DNA of 64,000 nt, taken from contig CAZWPK010000005.1 in assembly GCA_964635905.1 (NCBI GenBank), forward strand, positions 4,695 to 68,694, given 5' to 3'. Numbering within the stretch: position 1 is the stretch's first letter; the number at the start of each line of letters is the position of its first letter. The translations under genes and the position numbers were made by a program. Below the pieces are notes generated by a model, which did no database searches, was not told the origin of the DNA, and saw only the letters and a list, made by a program, of their open reading frames with translations. Below are positions 58,913 through 64,000 of the stretch, piece by piece. Source of the stretch: an uncultured Pseudomonadales bacterium. Its GTDB lineage: Bacteria; Patescibacteriota; Microgenomatia; UBA1400; UBA12028.

Positions 58913-60787
58913 ATGTCATCCGCTTTCCCAGCGACACAACTTCATGGCTTAGGAGCCATTGCACTTCCTGCGGAAGTGCTGATTTTCTTCAAACAAGAAG
59001 GGACACAGTCGCTTCTCCACACTGCATCAAGCAACAACGGCATTGAAATCCATACGCATAAGGACCATCCTGTGCTACTGGATGAAGCGGGCAAAGAAAT
59101 TCCTGCACAAGAGTTATTAGAGTTTCGCGTCTCATTTTCTGGGGCAACCTATCAACTTGTCTATAAACGTTTACATCTAGATTCCACCGAAATTTATCTA
59201 GCAACGTCGGACAATACAACCACTTTCAAGACGGTTGGCAAACTGAGCATCCCAGAGTTAGGAGTCATCGTTCCCAACTTTACTGTCAACAACAAACAAG
59301 TCATGTATTGGGGAGAGAAAGACATTTTCGTTGCCTATTCTAGTGATGGCCTAAACTGGGAGAGTGATGCAAGCCCTGTGCTATCGCAATTCCAAGATCA
59401 ATTCGGAGTCATGCCATTTCGAGTTGGAACGATCATTCCAACCCAAAATGGACTCCTCTTGATTTTCTACGCAGCCGGACGAGAGGGAAGTGGTACCCAT
59501 CATTCATTGCATGCGGCGTTTTTTGATCTAGAAAACCCCTCAAAATTGCTTCGACGCTCTGAAACCTTGTGGGAACAAACAGAAGAATGGAGTGGAACAA
59601 ATGTCACTCCCGTCGGCGTTGTTTATTTTGATAAACGATTAATCTCGTACTGGGATTTCCATGAAGAAGGTTTGTTTGCCATTGCCCATACCTCTCTAAA
59701 ACATCATACAGTTCTCTCTCCTGTTCGGGCCACCGATTTGCAACGCTTAACGCAAAACCCTCTGTTAACCCCCGTTTCAGCGCACTACTGGGAATCCAAA
59801 GCGGTCTTTAACCCGGCTGCGGTGGTGGAAGATGGAAAAGTACATCTGTTATACCGTGCTGTCGGTGACTCTGACATGTCGGTACTAGGATATGCATCGA
59901 GTGTCAACGGGGTCGACTTCGAGGAACGACTGGATGCACCTGCCTATATCCCTCGGGCAGATTTTGAAGGTGGATTTCATGTAAAGTCAAAACCATCCAC
60001 TGGCTACTACAGTCCGTATCAATCCGGCGGCGGAGGATATGGAGGATGTGAAGATCCACGACTTACCCGAATTGACGATCGATTCTATTTAACCTATGTC
60101 GCGTACGATGGTGGCAGTCCACCCCGGGTTGCCTTAAGTTCCATTTCCGTGGAAGATTTCTTAAACAAAGTATGGAAGTGGAAAGAACCCGTCTTGATTT
60201 CACCTCCAGGAGTCGTTGATAAGAATGCGGTGGTGTTCCCGGAAAAAGTAAATGGAAAATACGTCGTGTTGCATCGCATCTTCCCCAATATTTTAGTCGA
60301 CTTTGTCGATAATTTAGACGCTTTCGATGGATCCACATTCTTGAAGGGTGAATTTGCGATACGACCGTCTCGAACTGGATGGGATAACCGTAAGGTCGGT
60401 GCTGGTGCTCCGCCCATTAAAACCAAAGATGGATGGTTGCTTATTTATCATTCGGTTGGAGAAGCAGATCCTGGAAAGTATAAGATGGGTGCGATGCTTC
60501 TAGATTTGCAAGATCCGACAAAAGTACTCTATCGAACGGTAGCTCCAATTCTTGCTCCCGATGAGAGCGCTGAAAATGAGGGATGGAAATCTGGAGTTGC
60601 ATATCCCTGTGGCGCCGTGATATTAAATGATTTGCTCTATGTATACTATGGTGGAGCCGACACCGTCGTGTGCGCTGCCACTGCATCTATTAATGAGTTC
60701 CTCAAAGAACTTAAAACTACGGGGAAGGTGTCGTTAACTCCCCTAAGCGTTCATACCCGCCACCAGTTACATCCACAACAAACATAA
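58913..60787 (+). CDS. GH130-family beta-propeller glycoside phosphorylase/hydrolase with degenerate N-terminal propeller
   Basis: C-terminal half: VFNPAA, LYRA, GCEDPR, KN..VFPEK.NG....HR, YH, YYGGAD. Confidence 0.88.
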   Translation: MSSAFPATQLHGLGAIALPAEVLIFFKQEGTQSLLHTASSNNGIEIHTHKDHPVLLDEAGKEIPAQELLEFRVSFSGATYQLVYKRLHLDSTEIYLATSDNTTTFKTVGKLSIPELGVIVPNFTVNNKQVMYWGEKDIFVAYSSDGLNWESDASPVLSQFQDQFGVMPFRVGTIIPTQNGLLLIFYAAGREGSGTHHSLHAAFFDLENPSKLLRRSETLWEQTEEWSGTNVTPVGVVYFDKRLISYWDFHEEGLFAIAHTSLKHHTVLSPVRATDLQRLTQNPLLTPVSAHYWESKAVFNPAAVVEDGKVHLLYRAVGDSDMSVLGYASSVNGVDFEERLDAPAYIPRADFEGGFHVKSKPSTGYYSPYQSGGGGYGGCEDPRLTRIDDRFYLTYVAYDGGSPPRVALSSISVEDFLNKVWKWKEPVLISPPGVVDKNAVVFPEKVNGKYVVLHRIFPNILVDFVDNLDAFDGSTFLKGEFAIRPSRTGWDNRKVGAGAPPIKTKDGWLLIYHSVGEADPGKYKMGAMLLDLQDPTKVLYRTVAPILAPDESAENEGWKSGVAYPCGAVILNDLLYVYYGGADTVVCAATASINEFLKELKTTGKVSLTPLSVHTRHQLHPQQT

Positions 60788-60801
60788 AGGAAAATCGTAC
60801 T

Positions 60802-62706
60802 ATGGTGACCGTGAAACGCTGTGAACAAAACCCACTGTTGCTTCCCGATCCCAAACAGGATTGGGAAAGTATTGCCGCATTTAATGGCTGTCCTGTCGTC
60901 CATGAGGGAACAACGCATCTACTCTATCGTGCGCTCTCGCTGACACGACAATCCAGCGTCGGCTATGCCTCCAGTACAGATGGAATTCATTTCTCCGCGC
61001 ACAGCCAAAAGATTGTTCCGGAGTTTGAATGGGAAAAATTCGGTTGCGAAGACCCGCGCGTCGTCTGCATCGATTCTACCTTTTATATCACCTACACCGC
61101 ACTCTCCACCTTTCCCTTTGGCCCAGAAGGGATCAAGTTAGCTCTAGCGAAGACAACGGATTTTGTAACGTTTGAAAAACACCCGATGACACCCTTCAAC
61201 GCGAAGGCTTCGGCGTTGTTTCCCGAAAAGATCAATGGAAAGTTCGCAATTATTTTAACTGCAAATACTGATCTTCCTCCGGCTCACATTGCAATCGCGA
61301 TGTTCGAACAGGAATCAGATCTTTGGAATCCTGAGGCATGGAGTCGTTGGTATGACGATCTCACCCAATACACACTGCCACTGCAACGTTCCCCAGATGA
61401 CCACATCGAGCTCGGTGCGCCACCCATTAAAACAGAGAAAGGCTGGCTCTTGTTTTATTCCTACATTCGTAATTATCGTTCGGACCATAAGATTTTTGGA
61501 ATTGAGGCGGTGTTACTGGATTTGGACAATCCCTATACCATTCTAGGACATACCCAAAACCCGCTCATGCTTCCAGAAGAGTCGTATGAAGTCCATGGCG
61601 ATGTACCCAATATTATTTTCCCTACCGGAGCAATCTTGTCGGGGGATACGATTCGAATCTACTACGGCGCTGCCGATACTTCTTGTGCAATGGCAGAACT
61701 CTCCGCTCAAGAGCTATTAGGTCAACTTCTCAAAGTCGGGACTACGCCGATTCACATTTCTACCACAAGAGTGGAAATGGAACGCGCACTGACCAATCCA
61801 ATTATTTCACCGCTATCGGAACATACCTGGGAAAACAAATTAACCTTTAATCCAGCCGCTATCTACGAGGGGGGAAAGGTCCATGTGCTGTATCGAGCCA
61901 TGGGTAGTGATGACACTTCCGTCGTTGGCTATGCCGCATCGACGAATGGAATTCACATTGAAACGCGCTTACCAGATCCCATCTATATTCCCAGAATCCA
62001 AGAAGAATCAAAGAAGAAACCTGGGAATTCTGGTTGTGAAGATGCACGACTAACGCGAATTGGCGATCGCATCTATATGATGTACACCGCCTATGATGGA
62101 GAGAGCACCACCAAAGTCGCACTCACTTGGATTACCGTGGATGACTTCTTGCGCCAGAGCTGGAACTGGTCACCTCCAATTTTGATCTCGGACCCCAGCA
62201 AAAACGATAAGGATGTCGTGTTGTTTCCAGAGAAGATTCGAGAGCGATACTACTTTATTCATCGGTTAGATCCGCACATGTGGATTGATAGCGTGGAAGA
62301 TTTAGAGTTTCACTCCAAGCCATTTTTTACCGGGACCATCATGATGAGCCCTCGTGCAGGGAAGTGGGACGATGTAAAAATCGGAGCGAGTTGCCCGCCT
62401 ATCAAAACCGAGAAAGGCTGGTTACTGATTTATCACGGCATTGAAAGTTCATCGAAGATGTATCGTCAGGGAGCAGTATTACTGGATTTGGAATATCCCG
62501 ATCATATTCTAGCCCGACTCGATGAACCAATATTGGAACCAAAAGAATGGTATGAGAACAATGGCCTACGACCTGGTACCGTATTCGTGTGTGGTGGCGT
62601 GATTGTTGGAGAATGCTTGCATCTTTATTACGGTGGAGCAGATCAATTCTGTGCAGTTGCAAGTATTCCACTTACGGAACTCTTAAACGCCTTCACGTTA
62701 TCGTAA
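60802..62706 (+). CDS. Tandem two-domain GH130-family protein
   Basis: Two full copies of FN..A/LYRA/GCED.R/FPEK/PPIKT/YYG.AD. Confidence 0.9.
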   Translation: MVTVKRCEQNPLLLPDPKQDWESIAAFNGCPVVHEGTTHLLYRALSLTRQSSVGYASSTDGIHFSAHSQKIVPEFEWEKFGCEDPRVVCIDSTFYITYTALSTFPFGPEGIKLALAKTTDFVTFEKHPMTPFNAKASALFPEKINGKFAIILTANTDLPPAHIAIAMFEQESDLWNPEAWSRWYDDLTQYTLPLQRSPDDHIELGAPPIKTEKGWLLFYSYIRNYRSDHKIFGIEAVLLDLDNPYTILGHTQNPLMLPEESYEVHGDVPNIIFPTGAILSGDTIRIYYGAADTSCAMAELSAQELLGQLLKVGTTPIHISTTRVEMERALTNPIISPLSEHTWENKLTFNPAAIYEGGKVHVLYRAMGSDDTSVVGYAASTNGIHIETRLPDPIYIPRIQEESKKKPGNSGCEDARLTRIGDRIYMMYTAYDGESTTKVALTWITVDDFLRQSWNWSPPILISDPSKNDKDVVLFPEKIRERYYFIHRLDPHMWIDSVEDLEFHSKPFFTGTIMMSPRAGKWDDVKIGASCPPIKTEKGWLLIYHGIESSSKMYRQGAVLLDLEYPDHILARLDEPILEPKEWYENNGLRPGTVFVCGGVIVGECLHLYYGGADQFCAVASIPLTELLNAFTLS

Positions 62707-62736
62707 ACCGTTCGGCATTCGGTAAATGAACGGTTT
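62705..62736 (+). terminator. Hairpin at the end of the GH130 pair
   Basis: AAACCGTTC...GAACGGTTT 9-bp stem; weak U tract. Confidence 0.45.
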
Positions 62737-63027
62737 GAATTCGGATAGTCTTTCTTATGGCTACAATTATCTTTAGTTCATCTTCATAGTCGTTGAAGAC
62801 AATTGTTTTCCTGCCTACTCGGGATCTATCCAGGTTCACTTTCAGCAGCTCCCCTCTTTGTTATTCTATTGTGCGACATGGCAGTCAATTTCTGTGCGTG
62901 GATACGTTGCGGTCTTATTCACCATCTAAAGATAGAATGCTCGCTGTAAAATAGTATTCCGTAGGTAACTTCCCTATCAGGTTGAAACCCCACACTACTC
63001 TAACTTCCCTTTCAGCTCCTTTTAAGT

Positions 63028-63189
63028 TTAGTGCGTGAAGATAATCCACAGTGCATGTAGAATTCCTGGGACATATCCTAATAAAGTTAGGATAATGTTT
63101 AAAAAGAAGTGAAAGGTAAAGCCCACCTCTAAGAACACTGCTGCAGGGGGCAATACTACTGCGATGATAATTTTGATTAGATCTGGCAT
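63028..63189 (-). CDS. YqaE/Pmp3 family membrane protein
   Basis: IIAVVLPP.AV, NIILTLLGYVPGILHALW; TATACT 7 nt before ATG. Confidence 0.93.
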   Translation of the reverse strand: MPDLIKIIIAVVLPPAAVFLEVGFTFHFFLNIILTLLGYVPGILHALWIIFTH

Positions 63190-63247
63190 ATCATTTAGTA
63201 TACGTTCTTTTCTGTACTCTCCTGTAAGTTGTGTGTAAGGATTCCTT

Positions 63248-64000
63248 ATGAAACGATTGCGCATCCTTCTATCCGTTGCGGTAGTGCTTGGTGGAGTTGT
63301 TCTCACTTCGCAAGTCGTTCGCTTTTTCCGAGGTACACCCGTTCCCAATCCCACTGACTCCATGAACTTGGAGCAACAGCTTGATCAGCCGCAAACGGTT
63401 ATTACCCCGCACGAATTAACCATTGATTTCCTTAAGTCACAACAAACTCCTGGAAGTGAGATCACCTTTCATTCGAAGCTCCCAGAGGGTCGAAATTACT
63501 CCCGACATGTTGTCTCGTATCAGTCACAAGGATTTCGAATCTACGGCCTAATGACGATTCCGAATGGAACGAAGCCTGAAGGTGGTTGGCCAGTCATTGT
63601 CTTCAATCATGGCTATATCGCACCAACGGCTTACAGAACCACCGAAAAGTATGTCGCTTATCAGGATGCCTTTGCACGAGCAGGATACATTACCCTAAAG
63701 TCCGATTATCGTGGACATGGGTCTTCGGAAGGTCCGGCAACTGGCGCGTATGGTTCACCCGGCTATACCATTGATGTTCTCAATGCGGTCGCTTCACTCA
63801 AAAATTATTCTGATGCGAATGCAGAAAAGATTGGGATGTGGGGACATTCGATGGGTGGGTACATTACGCTACGCTCTATGGTGGTGCGCGGTGATATCAA
63901 GGCGGGAGTTATTTGGGCGGGCGTTGTGGCTTCGTACCCCGATATGCTCACGAACTGGCGTCGACAGTCAGCTCCACCTCAACCCACACCAACAGGCATC
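63248..64000 (+). CDS. Secreted/anchored alpha/beta hydrolase (S9-like), 3'-truncated
   Basis: Not in the ORF track because it has no stop in the window; own translation MKRLRILL...FNHGY...DYRGHG...WGHSMGG (GxSxG). Confidence 0.9.
   Translation, partial: MKRLRILLSVAVVLGGVVLTSQVVRFFRGTPVPNPTDSMNLEQQLDQPQTVITPHELTIDFLKSQQTPGSEITFHSKLPEGRNYSRHVVSYQSQGFRIYGLMTIPNGTKPEGGWPVIVFNHGYIAPTAYRTTEKYVAYQDAFARAGYITLKSDYRGHGSSEGPATGAYGSPGYTIDVLNAVASLKNYSDANAEKIGMWGHSMGGYITLRSMVVRGDIKAGVIWAGVVASYPDMLTNWRRQSAPPQPTPTGI

Noticed and set aside
62966-63010. TAACTTCCCT direct repeat with 35-nt period (mini-CRISPR or att site)
   Set aside because: Only two 10-bp copies, and no cas, integrase or transposase nearby
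1-64000. Numerous 60-150 aa antisense or overlapping ORFs; CRISPR arrays, tRNAs, rRNAs, IS elements; alternative genetic code
   Set aside because: The shadow ORFs lie within well-supported genes and lack motifs. By eye I found no repeat-spacer array, cloverleaf or transposase. Conserved genes are intact under code 11

Overview
Gene-dense bacterial chromosomal window (genetic code 11). The gene content and compact proteins suggest Patescibacteria/CPR, possibly Microgenomates-like; this is inference. In order it carries the 3' end of lon; a copper locus (ArsR-YHS regulator, copA, DsbD_2/cupredoxin protein, copZ); pyrH, FemABX, pcrA/uvrD and tpiA; three GT-C glycosyltransferases including a PMT; rpmE-prfA, ctpA-htrA and rpsF-ssb-rpsR; nadE, ychF, aquaporin, hflX, MFS and a CofE/FolC2-like ligase; a highly diverged IMPDH/GMPR-fold enzyme, cysS, hpf and recR; a lower-glycolysis/acetate cluster (degenerate ppsA-like, eno, gpmI, ADP-forming acetate-CoA ligase, 2-oxoacid:ferredoxin oxidoreductase); two DedA genes, rmuC, RNase P RNA, lexA/uvrB, miaB-miaA, a MacAB-like ABC exporter, pgi, two tandem double-GH130 genes, pmp3 and a truncated alpha/beta hydrolase. 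The most notable signal is missing from the ORF track: a leaderless 13-codon peptide, MHESRFTICCCPR, with complete 1:2 / 2:3 / 3:4 attenuator pairings and an intrinsic terminator directly upstream of cysS, i.e. a candidate Cys-tRNA-sensing ribosome-mediated attenuator. Other highlights are the remodelled IMPDH-like enzyme, a His-domain-less PpsA pseudoenzyme, an S6:S18-type leader, a 12-2-12 ArsR operator and pervasive leaderless promoters. I saw no CRISPR array, tRNA, rRNA or intact mobile element.
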